From: Parcubacteria group bacterium
GTDB lineage: Bacteria; Patescibacteriota; Minisyncoccia; Moranbacterales; UBA11712
DNA length: 64,000 nt
Direction of reading: 5' to 3'
Assembly (NCBI GenBank): GCA_041659685.1
Contig: JBAZXV010000006.1
Coordinates: 2,032 to 66,031 of the forward strand
In this document: positions 54,653-64,000 of the stretch, piece by piece
Position numbering within the stretch: position 1 is the first letter of the stretch
Layout of the letters: each line of letters opens with the position of its first letter
Program-made: the position numbers and the translations under genes
Notes under the pieces: model-generated
Databases searched by the model: none
Told to the model about the DNA's origin: nothing
The model's input: only the letters and a program-made list of their open reading frames with translations

Positions 54653-55546
54653 ATGAAAATTAAAAAAGTCCTGGCGCATCTTCTTGGGCTTCTTGAAAAG
54701 TGGGGTATTCCTTCGGAAGATTGGATTTTGACCGGCCAATACGCAGACCGTATGCAAGGTTATGAGGTTAAGGTTCGCAAGGGTCATCTGAATATTCTCG
54801 TTCCCCGGGCAAAGATTCCCTGGAGAATCGGAAGAGCGCTTGAAGCCCATGCGCCGGCAGGAACTTCTCAAGGAAATCAATTTCAAAAATTCTTAAAGGA
54901 AACCGGCTTTGAATTCGATTTTTTGCCAATGTCTTCGGGGGAATTTAAGAAAAATGTAAAGAAAACCGTCCGATACAGTCTTCGGGACGGGAGAGAAATT
55001 TTGCTTCTGGCTCCTATCGGCGAGCTTAAATTGCTTAAAAATATCTTGGAAAAATCAAATGAAAAAGCGTGGGGTACTGAAAAGGGAAGAAGGATACTCG
55101 GCTATGTCGAAGAATTCGCGAATGAACTGAAGCGAAAAAATGAAAAAGAAGATTCCGAAGCCTATTCACGCGTTGCGGAAAAATACAAATATCTTAAGAA
55201 AACCTCAATTCAAAAGCGGGGTCGGAAAAAAGAAATCAGAGGACTGACGGCTTATGCAGGCAAAGCTAAGGGCATCGCCAGGATTATCGGTGAGGCTTCA
55301 AAGACAAAATTTGATCGCGGCAATATCTTGGTGACAAAAATGACGAGTCCTAAATTCACTCCACTCATGCTGAAAGCGGCTGCGATTGTTACGGATATTG
55401 GGGGCCAGCTATGCCACGCGGCAATTACCAGTCGGGAACTCAAGATTCCCTGCATCGTTGGCGCAAAGAGCGCTACAAAAATTATTCATGACGGTGACAT
55501 GATTAAAGTGGATGCCGGCAGGGGGATAATAAAAATTATGAAATGA
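54653..55546 (+). CDS. Degenerate NTase-like N-terminal domain fused to a PEP-utilising mobile (phospho-His swivel) domain
   Basis: C-terminus G..AKGIARII..ILVTKMTSP..TDIGGQLCHAAITSRELKIPCIVG; N-terminus WILTGQYA..QGY..HLNILV. Confidence 0.8.
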   Translation: MKIKKVLAHLLGLLEKWGIPSEDWILTGQYADRMQGYEVKVRKGHLNILVPRAKIPWRIGRALEAHAPAGTSQGNQFQKFLKETGFEFDFLPMSSGEFKKNVKKTVRYSLRDGREILLLAPIGELKLLKNILEKSNEKAWGTEKGRRILGYVEEFANELKRKNEKEDSEAYSRVAEKYKYLKKTSIQKRGRKKEIRGLTAYAGKAKGIARIIGEASKTKFDRGNILVTKMTSPKFTPLMLKAAAIVTDIGGQLCHAAITSRELKIPCIVGAKSATKIIHDGDMIKVDAGRGIIKIMK

Positions 55547-56286
55547 AGGAATTAAGATTAAGGAGAAATAAATTCATAGTCAAAGGCGAGAAATATACGG
55601 TTATATTTTGCCATGTGCAGAAGAAATGCGAAATAAACAAAATCTGCAAGAAATTTTCCGCTATAAAAATGGGAGACATAAAAGAGATTAGATCTTGTGC
55701 CCGTTTCATATCAAAGGTGATTATTGAAAGTATCCCTGATTATGCGAAAAACGAATGGGTGATTGCCGGAATTCCGAATGTAATGCCAAGCGCCGCGCAA
55801 TACATTGGCAAAGAGATTTCCAAGCTGCTTAAGAAAAAATATGTTCAGTTGAAAATGAAATCCTGGAAAAATTCGTTGTACTATCTCGATCTAAAGCCAG
55901 GCGATAGGATTAAGGAGTTAAGAAAATTAGTGTATTGCGATGTCAACTTATCCGGTAAGAAAATAATAATAATCGATGACGCAGTTTCTTCCGGATCCGT
56001 TTTAAGGGCTAGCGGAGAAATATTGATTGACAATGGAGCTGAGGATATACGCGCGTTTGCCTTTGTTAAATTTATGGAAGAAAAAAACGCGGAGAAAGAA
56101 GCAAGTCTCTTAAATTATAGATTGAAGGGGGTCAGATATCTGGTCAAAATTGCCGGAGACAGCAGGAATCCTGTCTTATCCCGCATGGTCTCGGTATCCA
56201 AAAACCTTTCTTCGCCGGAATTTTGTTATTTGCTAAAAAACATGACCAGCGGCAGAAGAAAAAAACTCATTCACTATTTAAAATGA
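55543..56286 (+). CDS. Type I phosphoribosyltransferase-fold protein
   Basis: PRPP loop KIIIIDDAVSSGSVL; ATGA overlap with the upstream gene. Confidence 0.82.
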   Translation: MKELRLRRNKFIVKGEKYTVIFCHVQKKCEINKICKKFSAIKMGDIKEIRSCARFISKVIIESIPDYAKNEWVIAGIPNVMPSAAQYIGKEISKLLKKKYVQLKMKSWKNSLYYLDLKPGDRIKELRKLVYCDVNLSGKKIIIIDDAVSSGSVLRASGEILIDNGAEDIRAFAFVKFMEEKNAEKEASLLNYRLKGVRYLVKIAGDSRNPVLSRMVSVSKNLSSPEFCYLLKNMTSGRRKKLIHYLK

Positions 56287-56335
56287 ATTGATATAAAAAT
56301 AGAACCGGCCTTCCCGCCCCTTCTTTTTTATGGGG

Positions 56336-57055
56336 TTACTGCTTCTTCGCGGTGAGCAGGGCTTCCAAACGGCAGCGGCTGTTGATTTTTATATTCTTAA
56401 ATCCAATCTTTAGCATAACGGCGATTGATTCTTCCGCTCGCATAATAATTTCCGGTTTATTGTCAGTTTTGTAGTGCTCGATCCAGGCCGTTCTAATTTT
56501 TTCGTTCGGCGCTTTATTGAATTGGCGGAGTTGCCATGCGTATTCTTTTCCATACTCTTCTTCGTCATCCGGAACATATTTGTCGGCGTTTATGAAAATT
56601 CCCTGCGGCTGCAAAACACGAAATATTTCCCGAAGAATATTTTCGCGGTAGACTCTTTTGAAGTTATGGAGCGTCATCGCGCTCGCAAGCGAATCAACGC
56701 TTCCGCCGGGAATTCTCCTGAGGTATTTCAGCGCGTCTTCCAAAATCAATTCCAGCCTTCCGCTTGCAATAAAACTATTCAGATTTTTTTCTGCCACCCT
56801 GATCATTTTCGGTTCGTTGTCGATGCTCTCTAATATTATTCTTTTGTCAGCCTTCAGTATTTCAACAGAGGTGAGTCCGGCGCCGGTTCCGATCTCGATA
56901 ACGCTGATTCTCGGGCCGCAAAATTTTTTGAAACCATCTTTCAGTTTTTTCCCGATCATTTTTTGGAACTTGTCCTGATGAGGCGCGGAAAATCGGATGG
57001 AGGCCAGATTTTTTCCCGCCAGCGCTCCGCTGAAACGGCTGTTGTTTTTATTCAT
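56336..57055 (-). CDS. Class I SAM-dependent methyltransferase
   Basis: VIEIGTGAG, IDNEPKMI, TLHNF, VLQPQGIFINAD. Confidence 0.9.
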   Translation of the reverse strand: MNKNNSRFSGALAGKNLASIRFSAPHQDKFQKMIGKKLKDGFKKFCGPRISVIEIGTGAGLTSVEILKADKRIILESIDNEPKMIRVAEKNLNSFIASGRLELILEDALKYLRRIPGGSVDSLASAMTLHNFKRVYRENILREIFRVLQPQGIFINADKYVPDDEEEYGKEYAWQLRQFNKAPNEKIRTAWIEHYKTDNKPEIIMRAEESIAVMLKIGFKNIKINSRCRLEALLTAKKQ

Positions 57056-57093
57056 ATATAAATTTTAGCATTATTTTAGTTTGTTAAATAGAT

Positions 57094-57122
57094 TTGATTT
57101 CTTCTTTAAAAAATGCTATAAT
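57094..57122 (+). promoter_or_regulatory. Sigma70 promoter
   Basis: TTGATT-17nt-TATAAT with extended TG. Confidence 0.6.
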
Positions 57123-57184
57123 GACAAACAGTAAGATAGCTTAAGAACGGGTGTAAGCCCGTTTTTGCATTTTTGGAAAATAGC

Positions 57185-57790
57185 ATGGCTAAAAAGAAAA
57201 AACAAAGAAAAAAAGCGGAAAAAACATTGAAAATCACTCCGAAATATCTCAAAACCCCCGAAGATATATTTTTCGGTCTTTTAGTTGTGATTTCGGTTGT
57301 TTTTGCGACCTTTTGCCTGATGAGCGCAAAAAGCTCCATGCCGGAAGCGAAATCAACGGTTCGCAGCGATAAATCTCCGGAGCTTGAAAATAATATCGAG
57401 AAAATTGTTTCCGGCTATCCGATTGATAAAATGGCGCCGTATATCGCTAAGAAAGACAACAAAGTGGCCGCTTACCTCGTGGCGATCGCCAAAAAAGAAA
57501 GCAACTGGGGAAAAAACACTCCCAAGAAAGACGGCAAAGAATGCTACAATTACTGGGGGTTCAGGGGTTCCTATAATCTGACCGCATCCGGCTATAGCTG
57601 TTTTGATTCTCCCGCCCAGGCGGTCAACGTGGTGGGAAAAAGGATCGGTAATCTGGTGGCGCAGAATATAGACACACCGAGGGAAATGGTGGTTTGGAAG
57701 TGCGGAAAGAGCTGTTCGAGCCACAGTTCGCCGGACGCTTCCAAATGGGTTCGGGACGTAGACTTTTATTACAGGAAACTTTATGATTGA
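57185..57790 (+). CDS. Membrane-anchored lysozyme-like (glucosaminidase/transglycosylase-like) protein
   Basis: TM; LVAIAKKESNWGK..CYNYWGF..FDSP..AV. Confidence 0.65.
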   Translation: MAKKKKQRKKAEKTLKITPKYLKTPEDIFFGLLVVISVVFATFCLMSAKSSMPEAKSTVRSDKSPELENNIEKIVSGYPIDKMAPYIAKKDNKVAAYLVAIAKKESNWGKNTPKKDGKECYNYWGFRGSYNLTASGYSCFDSPAQAVNVVGKRIGNLVAQNIDTPREMVVWKCGKSCSSHSSPDASKWVRDVDFYYRKLYD

Positions 57791-57829
57791 AATTAGCGGA
57801 ACTTGATTTAAGGGTTTTCATCATCCAGG

Positions 57830-57851
57830 AAGCGCCGAAAGGCGTTTTTTT
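57830..57851 (+). terminator. Intrinsic terminator
   Basis: AAGCGCC-gaaa-GGCGTTT-TTTT. Confidence 0.75.
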
Positions 57852-57870
57852 GTCGGCTGGGGGGGGGCTA

Positions 57871-57915
57871 TTGACAAGACTTTATTTTGGCAATATACTT
57901 AGAAAATCTAAATAT
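57871..57915 (+). promoter_or_regulatory. Promoter with overlapping MarR-type operator
   Basis: TTGACA-17nt-TATACT; imperfect palindrome ATACTTAGA-aaa-TCTAAATAT at 57895-57915. Confidence 0.7.
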
Positions 57916-57931
57916 TATATATTCTAATGAT

Positions 57932-58351
57932 ATGAAAAAGGAAGATGCCACAAATCAGGCCGTCTCCCTCATATTTTCACTGGGCAGGCAGATCAAGGAA
58001 AGGTTTCAAAACGAAAGGAAAGGCTGGATCTCGGGAATGAATCTTGAAGTGCTGCGCTATATCCGGGAACATAAACCCCTTATGAAAGACATCGCCGATT
58101 ATCTTTGCGTCACGCCTCCCTCTGCCACATCCCTTGTGAATAATTTAGTGAATGATAAGCTGGCGGAGAGAGTCTACGATGAGGAGGACCGGAGAGTTGT
58201 CAGGCTGCAGATAACTGTTCACGGAAAAAACGAACTTATGAAAGGGAAGGAAAGAATAGCGGATCGGATGAAAAAAATTCTGAGTTCGCTTTCCAAAAAG
58301 GAAAAAGAGGATCTGATAAGAATTCTCGAAAAGATATCTAATAACAATTAA
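57932..58351 (+). CDS. MarR-family transcriptional regulator
   Basis: MKDIADYLCVTPPSATSLVNNLV..ER..DEEDRRVVRL..T..G. Confidence 0.93.
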   Translation: MKKEDATNQAVSLIFSLGRQIKERFQNERKGWISGMNLEVLRYIREHKPLMKDIADYLCVTPPSATSLVNNLVNDKLAERVYDEEDRRVVRLQITVHGKNELMKGKERIADRMKKILSSLSKKEKEDLIRILEKISNNN

Positions 58352-58362
58352 CTGAAAAGGGA

Positions 58363-59439
58363 ATGAATAAAAATATATTCGGAATGAGCCTGGTTGCAAT
58401 ATTGGTAATCGGGGCAATAGTTTCCATTTTCATTTACGGCAACCTTTCCAAGCGGCCGGATTATTCAACGATGCAGGTTGAAAGGGGGGACATTACCCAG
58501 GAAATCAGCCTTGAAGGAAAGATAAGGCCCCGGGACGGTGCCGATTTGGGCTTTGAAAGAGGGGGGAAAATTACAAAATTGACTCACAAAGTCGGAGATT
58601 TTGTGGAAGCCGGAACAGTTTTGGCTCATGCCAACGCCGTTGACCTCCAGGCTCAATACAGCGAGGCAATTGATCTGGCCAAGAGTTCCGAAGCCGATCT
58701 TTTGCAGTATCAGGAACTTTATAAAAAAGAAAAAGCCAAGCTCGATTCCCTCAAAAAAACTGATACCGCAAATTCATCCGACAAGAAAGCGCAAAAAAAA
58801 CAGATTGAAGCCAGCGAGGCGCAGGTAACTTCGCAGGAAGAAAAAGTGGCGGCGGCTTATGCGAATGTCGAAAATGCCAAAGCTCAGATTGATAAGACGG
58901 TTGTCACAGCTCCCTTTGCCGGTGTTATTTCGGCGCAGGACGTCCACGAAGGAGAGGTGGCGCAATCCAATGTCCCGATAATCACGCTTGCCAGCCAAAA
59001 TTCATATAAGATCGAAGCCTTCGCTTCCGAAACGGATGTCCGGAGTCTTAAGGCAGGCGACTCGGCGCGAGGAAATCTTGATGACAGGCCGGAAAGTTAT
59101 TTTGATGCAAAGATAACAGCGGTTGATCCGGCGGAAAGTGAAATCAACGGCATATCAAATTATAAAATTACCCTCAGTCTTTCTGAGAATATTTCCAATC
59201 TTCGATCCGGCGTAGGGGCGAATATTTCTGTTGCGATTCAGAAAAAGAATGGCGTTGTCGCTGTTCCGAAAGACGCTGTCTTTGAAGAAGGCGGGAAAAA
59301 CTTTGTTTACTTTTCGGAAAACGGACTGAGGTTAAAAAGAGAAGTCCAAACCGGCATATACGGATCGAATGGCAATGTTGAGATAATCAGCGGCCTTAAC
59401 GCCGGAGACAGTATATTCATTACGAGATCTAATTCTTAA
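58363..59439 (+). CDS. Efflux membrane-fusion (periplasmic adaptor) protein
   Basis: TM, lipoyl half motifs (GKI..KVGDFV; APFAGVI), alpha-hairpin, VEIISGL. Confidence 0.9.
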   Translation: MNKNIFGMSLVAILVIGAIVSIFIYGNLSKRPDYSTMQVERGDITQEISLEGKIRPRDGADLGFERGGKITKLTHKVGDFVEAGTVLAHANAVDLQAQYSEAIDLAKSSEADLLQYQELYKKEKAKLDSLKKTDTANSSDKKAQKKQIEASEAQVTSQEEKVAAAYANVENAKAQIDKTVVTAPFAGVISAQDVHEGEVAQSNVPIITLASQNSYKIEAFASETDVRSLKAGDSARGNLDDRPESYFDAKITAVDPAESEINGISNYKITLSLSENISNLRSGVGANISVAIQKKNGVVAVPKDAVFEEGGKNFVYFSENGLRLKREVQTGIYGSNGNVEIISGLNAGDSIFITRSNS

Positions 59440-59449
59440 GCAAGTCGCT

Positions 59450-60100
59450 ATGGAAAATAACATCAAGGAAAATCGCCTGAAAGAAAAAAGTTCCGGCAGA
59501 AAAAAGCTAATGCTTCTTGCCCTCATCGCATTTGTCGTTGCGGGAGTGGTGGCTATTTTATATCTTTCCCTTTCAAAAAAGCGGATTTACGTTGAGAAAT
59601 CATCGGTTGCCGCTTCTTCAATAGATTTATCTTCGCAAAGCGGGGGAACTTTGCAGAAAATATTCGTCGAAGCGGGAGGCAGAGTCGGGGCGAACGAAGC
59701 CGTCGCCCAAATAGGAAACGATATCGTGAAAACAAAAGAAGCGGGGATTATTATTTCAGCCCAAAATGACATTGGAAAAAATTTTTCTCCCCAGGAAACC
59801 GTGGCCGCCATGGTAAAGCCGGATGATCTTCGGGTTGTCGCCCGAGTGGTGGAGGATAAGGGATTGAGCGATATAAAAGTCGGGCAAACAGCGGTTTTCA
59901 CAGTCGATGCTTTCGGTTCCAAGGAATATTCAGGGGTGGTCGATGAAGTCAGTCCTACTGCAAGAAGCGGAGATGTAGTTTTTAATATTTCCACTGCCCG
60001 GGAAAAGCAGGAGTTTGATGTGAAGATACGTTTCGACGTTAAGGAATATCCGGAGCTCAAGAACGGGATGTCTGCCGAAGCCTGGATTTATAAAGATTAG
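59450..60100 (+). CDS. HlyD/EmrA-like adaptor without alpha-hairpin
   Basis: TM; IKVGQTAVFTVDAF..GVVDEVSP..LKNGMSA. Confidence 0.85.
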   Translation: MENNIKENRLKEKSSGRKKLMLLALIAFVVAGVVAILYLSLSKKRIYVEKSSVAASSIDLSSQSGGTLQKIFVEAGGRVGANEAVAQIGNDIVKTKEAGIIISAQNDIGKNFSPQETVAAMVKPDDLRVVARVVEDKGLSDIKVGQTAVFTVDAFGSKEYSGVVDEVSPTARSGDVVFNISTAREKQEFDVKIRFDVKEYPELKNGMSAEAWIYKD

Positions 60101-60106
60101 ACTCAC

Positions 60107-61612
60107 ATGATCAAAAGACTGAGAAGGATAAAAAATAATCCTGATAATTTTCGCTGGCTCATTCTGCTTACCGTCATTGTTGGAACTTTTTTAGGGAGGC
60201 TCGACCAGACAATTGTCAATCTGGCTCTTCCGAAAATTATTGATGATTTTGGCATTACGGTAACCGCGGCGGGATGGATTGCCACGGCTTATATTCTGGC
60301 TAACGCCATATTTGTTCCTATTTGGGGAAAACTTGGGGATACCATCGGCCGAAAAAAGGTTTACGTTCTGGGATTTTCGATTTTTATTCTCGGATCCGTC
60401 CTCGCGGGGCTTGCCTGGAACTTAAGTTCGATGATTGCCTTCAGAATCATCCAAGCCATTGCCGGTTCGGCAGATTATCCGACAGCGATGGCGATTATTG
60501 CCGTTACATTTCGCGAAGGCAAAGAAAGAGCCCAGGCTCTTGGCATCTGGTCATCGTCTTTTGCGGCTGCCGCGGTGTTCGGTCCGCTTATTGGAGGACC
60601 GCTGATCGACAATTTCGGCTGGCGATCGGTTTTTCTCATTAATTTGCCGGTCGGTATCGTTGGCCTGTTCATGGCCATGGCTTTTATCAGTGAATCTGTT
60701 TCGGGAAAGGTCAGCAAGAAATTCGATTGGTGGGGGGCAATCACGCTTGGATTGGCGCTCTCTGCGTTAGTTCTGGTCCTTGATAAGGGATTGGATTGGG
60801 GCTGGTTTTCCGCCAAAAGCCTGCTTTCATATCTGACAATACTGATTTTTGGCTATATTTTCATTGATATTGAAAAAAAACAAGAAGAGCCGCTTGTCGA
60901 TTTCAAATTCTTCAAAATCGGAACCTTTGTGAACACTCTGGGGAATAATTTTATCGTGTTTATGGGGATGATGGGCGCGATTTTTCTTATTCCTATTTTT
61001 GCCCAAACTTTTTTGGGGTACGATGCCACTCAAACCGGATTTTTGTTTATTCCCATGGCCTTCATAATGATTTTAGCTGCGCCGATCGGAGGAAGCTTAA
61101 GCGGAAAAGTGCAACCCAGATACATCATCGCCGCCAGCACTTTCGTTGCCGCCATCGGACTCTATTTATTTTCAAATCTTGATCCGCGATCTACTGCTTT
61201 CGACATTGTCTGGCCGCTTTCGATCATGGCGTTCGGCCTTGGTTTCGGGATGGCGGAAAGGACAAATATTATCGCCTCCATTGTTCCCCAAAATGAGATC
61301 GGCGTTGCTTCATCCGTTTTGGCGCTGGCCAGGAATATCGCGGGAGCCTTTGGTATTGCCATTTTTGGAACTCTTCTCAATAATTCAATAAACGCAAATG
61401 TGCTTGAAATATCCCGCAACAGTTTTATGAACATGAAAAGCCCCTTAATCGTCAAAGAATTTGTCGGTCTCATAATTCTCAAGTCCCAGGTTGCCGCTTA
61501 CGGAAGAGTTTTTGTTGTGGCATCGATTTTTGTCCTTATTGGGGCGGTGCTGGCTCTTGGAATAGTCGTGAAAAGGAGAATTAAGCCGGCTGAAAACGTT
61601 TTTATTGATTGA
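60107..61612 (+). CDS. DHA2 (EmrB/QacA) MFS efflux transporter
   Basis: LDQTIVNLALP, GKLGDTIGRKK, FGPLIGG, WRSVFLINLPVG. Confidence 0.93.
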   Translation: MIKRLRRIKNNPDNFRWLILLTVIVGTFLGRLDQTIVNLALPKIIDDFGITVTAAGWIATAYILANAIFVPIWGKLGDTIGRKKVYVLGFSIFILGSVLAGLAWNLSSMIAFRIIQAIAGSADYPTAMAIIAVTFREGKERAQALGIWSSSFAAAAVFGPLIGGPLIDNFGWRSVFLINLPVGIVGLFMAMAFISESVSGKVSKKFDWWGAITLGLALSALVLVLDKGLDWGWFSAKSLLSYLTILIFGYIFIDIEKKQEEPLVDFKFFKIGTFVNTLGNNFIVFMGMMGAIFLIPIFAQTFLGYDATQTGFLFIPMAFIMILAAPIGGSLSGKVQPRYIIAASTFVAAIGLYLFSNLDPRSTAFDIVWPLSIMAFGLGFGMAERTNIIASIVPQNEIGVASSVLALARNIAGAFGIAIFGTLLNNSINANVLEISRNSFMNMKSPLIVKEFVGLIILKSQVAAYGRVFVVASIFVLIGAVLALGIVVKRRIKPAENVFID

Positions 61613-61741
61613 TATGCCAGCATCGATTCGAAAACTTTAGTGACAAAATGATAGAATACTGCTAATTTTAAAAGGCGAATATTTTTTGACGGGCTTGACC
61701 GCGAGTCGGCAAAAATTAGCTCATCTCCGTATGAAAAGTAT

Positions 61742-62032
61742 ATGCCAATGAAAATAATTTTCGAAATTAAGAGTAGTAACAAGGTGCGGCTTATGATTTT
61801 TGAATGTGGAAATGAAATTGATTCTTTAAATTGGGAGGAAAAAAATAATCTTTCCCAAAAAATGCTTTCGAAACTGGACCAGATTCTGCGTCGCAACAGG
61901 CTGGGGCTTGACAAAATTTCTGGATACGAGATAATAAGCGAAGTGCCGAAAAGCTGGACAAGCTTCAGGATAACTAAATGTACGTTTGACATTCTTGGGC
62001 TGGCAAAAAATTATCAGCATAAGGCGGTGTAA
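61742..62032 (+). CDS. Miniature TsaB-like protein (N-terminal half only)
   Basis: LSQKMLSKLDQIL..LDKISG..SWTSFRI resembles the TsaB HS..L..I..L..GSFTGLRI region. Confidence 0.6.
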   Translation: MPMKIIFEIKSSNKVRLMIFECGNEIDSLNWEEKNNLSQKMLSKLDQILRRNRLGLDKISGYEIISEVPKSWTSFRITKCTFDILGLAKNYQHKAV

Positions 62033-62152
62033 GGGCCTGATGAATGAAGAATATCGGATTTGCCAAAAAAAGGAAGTTGTGATAGAGTAAAAAGCACGTT
62101 ACTAAAGCACGGGGGATTTGAATAATTTATCTACAGTTAATTAAATATCTTT

Positions 62153-62177
62153 GCCCTGTGAAATTATTTCACGGGGT
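62153..62177. repeat. Palindrome in the rpoB leader
   Basis: GCCCTGTGAAAT-t-ATTTCACGGGGT. Confidence 0.55.
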
Positions 62178-62254
62178 GAAACTAAAACCATTCACCAGCC
62201 AGTTTGCTTCCAAGAAATTTTCGAAGTAAACGACATGGGAATGGAGAGTCTTTT

Positions 62255-64000
62255 ATGTCTTTAGGGCCCAAAACTCTCGGGGTGAAAGAGTCTTTCAGCC
62301 CGCAATCCTCTCTCCGAAAGAGGAAATTCTTTAAGCGTCTTCCAATGGTTTCTCTTCCGAATCTCATTGAGGCGCAGATGAACTCCTATGATTGGTTTCT
62401 TAAGGAAGGACTTCGGGAACTTCTTGACGAAATCAATCCGATTAAGGATTTCACCGGGAAAGACTTGGAGCTTTCTTTCGGTGATTACTACCTTGACGAA
62501 CCGAAATACGACGAAAAAACCGCGAAATCAAAAAACATCTCCTTTGAAGCCCCTCTTCGATCCCGAGTGAAACTGCTAAACAAGCAGACGGGCGAAATTA
62601 AGGAGCAGGAAGTTTACCTGGGGGATCTTCCGATCATGACTGATCGGGGAACTTTCGTTATAAACGGTGTGGAGCGAGTCGTTGTCAGCCAGCTCATCAG
62701 GAGTCCGGGTGTGTTTTTTACTATGGATTATCAAAAGGTACAGAGACTCTTCGGCGCAAAGATTATTCCTAATCGGGGAGCTTGGCTTGAAATGGAGACG
62801 GATCTCGATGGGGTTATCTGGGTAAAAATTGACCGGAAAAGGAAAGTGGCCATTTCGTCGCTTCTCCGGGCTTTTGGCATTTCCGGCGACGAAGACATTA
62901 TAAAAACTTTTGCGGATATTAACACGGGAGAGGTGAACTATATTGAGGCGACGATTGAAAAGGACGCGGCCAAAAATCAGGGAGAAGGATTTATGGAGGT
63001 CTATAAAAGAATAAGGCCGGGGGATTTGGCGTCGGTTGATAATGCCAAGCAGATGATTGAGGCCATGTTTTTTAACTTTGACCGATATGATTTCGGAAAG
63101 GTGGGCCGCTACCGGCTTAACCAAAGGCTGGAGATCGATTGTCCCAACGACGAAGACCACAGAATTTTAAGATCGGAAGATCTGATAATGATAATAAAAG
63201 AAATTATCAACCTTAATAATGATCCGATGGCCATCCCGGATGATATCGACCATCTGGGAAACAGGAGAGTCAGATGCGTCGGAGAGTTGGTCCAAAACAA
63301 GTTCCGGGCGGGCCTTGCGCGGCTAGTAAGAAACATTAAGGACCGGATGAGTACCTGTGATCTTGCAACTGTTGTTCCGGGCCAGCTCATAAATTCAAGG
63401 CCGGTTGCGGCGGCGGTCAAAGAATTTTTTGCTTCTTCCCAGCTCTCTCAATTTATGGATCAGGTAAATCCGCTTGCCGAACTTGAACATAAAAGAAGGC
63501 TTTCCGCTATGGGACCGGGAGGACTTACTCGCGAGCGCGCCGGATTTGAGGTTCGCGATGTCCATCACTCCCATTATGGAAGGATATGTCCGGTGCAAAC
63601 GCCGGAAGGACCGAATATCGGACTGGTTAATCATCTGGCCTGTTATGCGCGTATAAATGAATTTGGTTTTGTTGAAACTCCTTATCGAAAAGTGGTTACG
63701 AAGATGGCTGGCAATTCGGAGGATCTTGCAGGAAGAATGCTTTCTCAGGACGTTAAAGATGAAAAAGGAAGCATTGTGGCTTCAAAAGGAGAAAAAATAA
63801 GCGAAGAATTGGCCCAAAAGATAAAAAAGGCGAAAGTTTCCGATGTTTCCATCCGTCCTTATATTACCAAGGAAATCGAATATCTAAATGCCACCATTGA
63901 GGATAGAAAAAGCGTTGCCCATGCGGATGTGGAATCTGATGAGGATGGCAATATTTTGAATGATAACGTGGAAGCCCGTGTTAAAGGACAGCCGGCGATG
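62255..64000 (+). CDS. rpoB: RNA polymerase beta subunit (runs off window; absent from the ORF track)
   Basis: Manual translation: LPNLIEAQ, GTFVINGVERVVVSQL, DDIDHLGNRRVR, SQLSQFMDQ, RDVHHSHYGRICP..TPEGPNIGL. Confidence 0.98.
   Translation, partial: MSLGPKTLGVKESFSPQSSLRKRKFFKRLPMVSLPNLIEAQMNSYDWFLKEGLRELLDEINPIKDFTGKDLELSFGDYYLDEPKYDEKTAKSKNISFEAPLRSRVKLLNKQTGEIKEQEVYLGDLPIMTDRGTFVINGVERVVVSQLIRSPGVFFTMDYQKVQRLFGAKIIPNRGAWLEMETDLDGVIWVKIDRKRKVAISSLLRAFGISGDEDIIKTFADINTGEVNYIEATIEKDAAKNQGEGFMEVYKRIRPGDLASVDNAKQMIEAMFFNFDRYDFGKVGRYRLNQRLEIDCPNDEDHRILRSEDLIMIIKEIINLNNDPMAIPDDIDHLGNRRVRCVGELVQNKFRAGLARLVRNIKDRMSTCDLATVVPGQLINSRPVAAAVKEFFASSQLSQFMDQVNPLAELEHKRRLSAMGPGGLTRERAGFEVRDVHHSHYGRICPVQTPEGPNIGLVNHLACYARINEFGFVETPYRKVVTKMAGNSEDLAGRMLSQDVKDEKGSIVASKGEKISEELAQKIKKAKVSDVSIRPYITKEIEYLNATIEDRKSVAHADVESDEDGNILNDNVEARVKGQPAM

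Noticed and set aside
61742-62032. tsaB pseudogene
   Set aside because: The ORF is clean with start and stop and no downstream remnant; it is treated as a naturally short form, so no gene symbol is assigned.

Overview
64 kb of ordinary chromosome from a small-genome bacterium. It is most likely Patescibacteria/CPR (Parcubacteria); this is inferred from the VirB2/TrbC-like pilin array, the miniature TsaB, scarce Shine-Dalgarno motifs, many apparently leaderless genes and tRNA genes without CCA. Housekeeping genes: ftsH (5' end), tilS, cmk, rpsA, gyrA, rplS, clpP, tig, ppa, nusA (frameshifted in this sequence), ddl, cca, dut, infB, rbfA, gpmI, rny, HU and rpoB (5' part). The window also has 14 tRNA genes, parS sites, a six-gene pilin locus that includes a pilin-NlpC/P60 fusion, and a MarR/efflux operon. 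The most striking unexplained signal surrounds the tRNA genes, about 10 of which are flanked by mobile-looking DNA. (i) A ~75-95 nt structured non-coding element (5 copies, 4 different tRNAs) starts with the antisense of the T-loop, and each complete copy is followed by a copy of the host tRNA's own 3' end. (ii) Two tRNA 5' halves are duplicated and carry the same hairpin insertion in the D-loop. (iii) Free-standing HTH-LAGLIDADG-like and HNH nuclease genes end at, or inside, tRNA 5' ends. Other leads are a tilS that appears to start at ATA, repeat insertions inside the CCA-adding enzyme, a 6S-like RNA before rny, and an NTase/His-swivel/PRTase operon. All calls come from reading motifs by eye; no database search or folding program was run.
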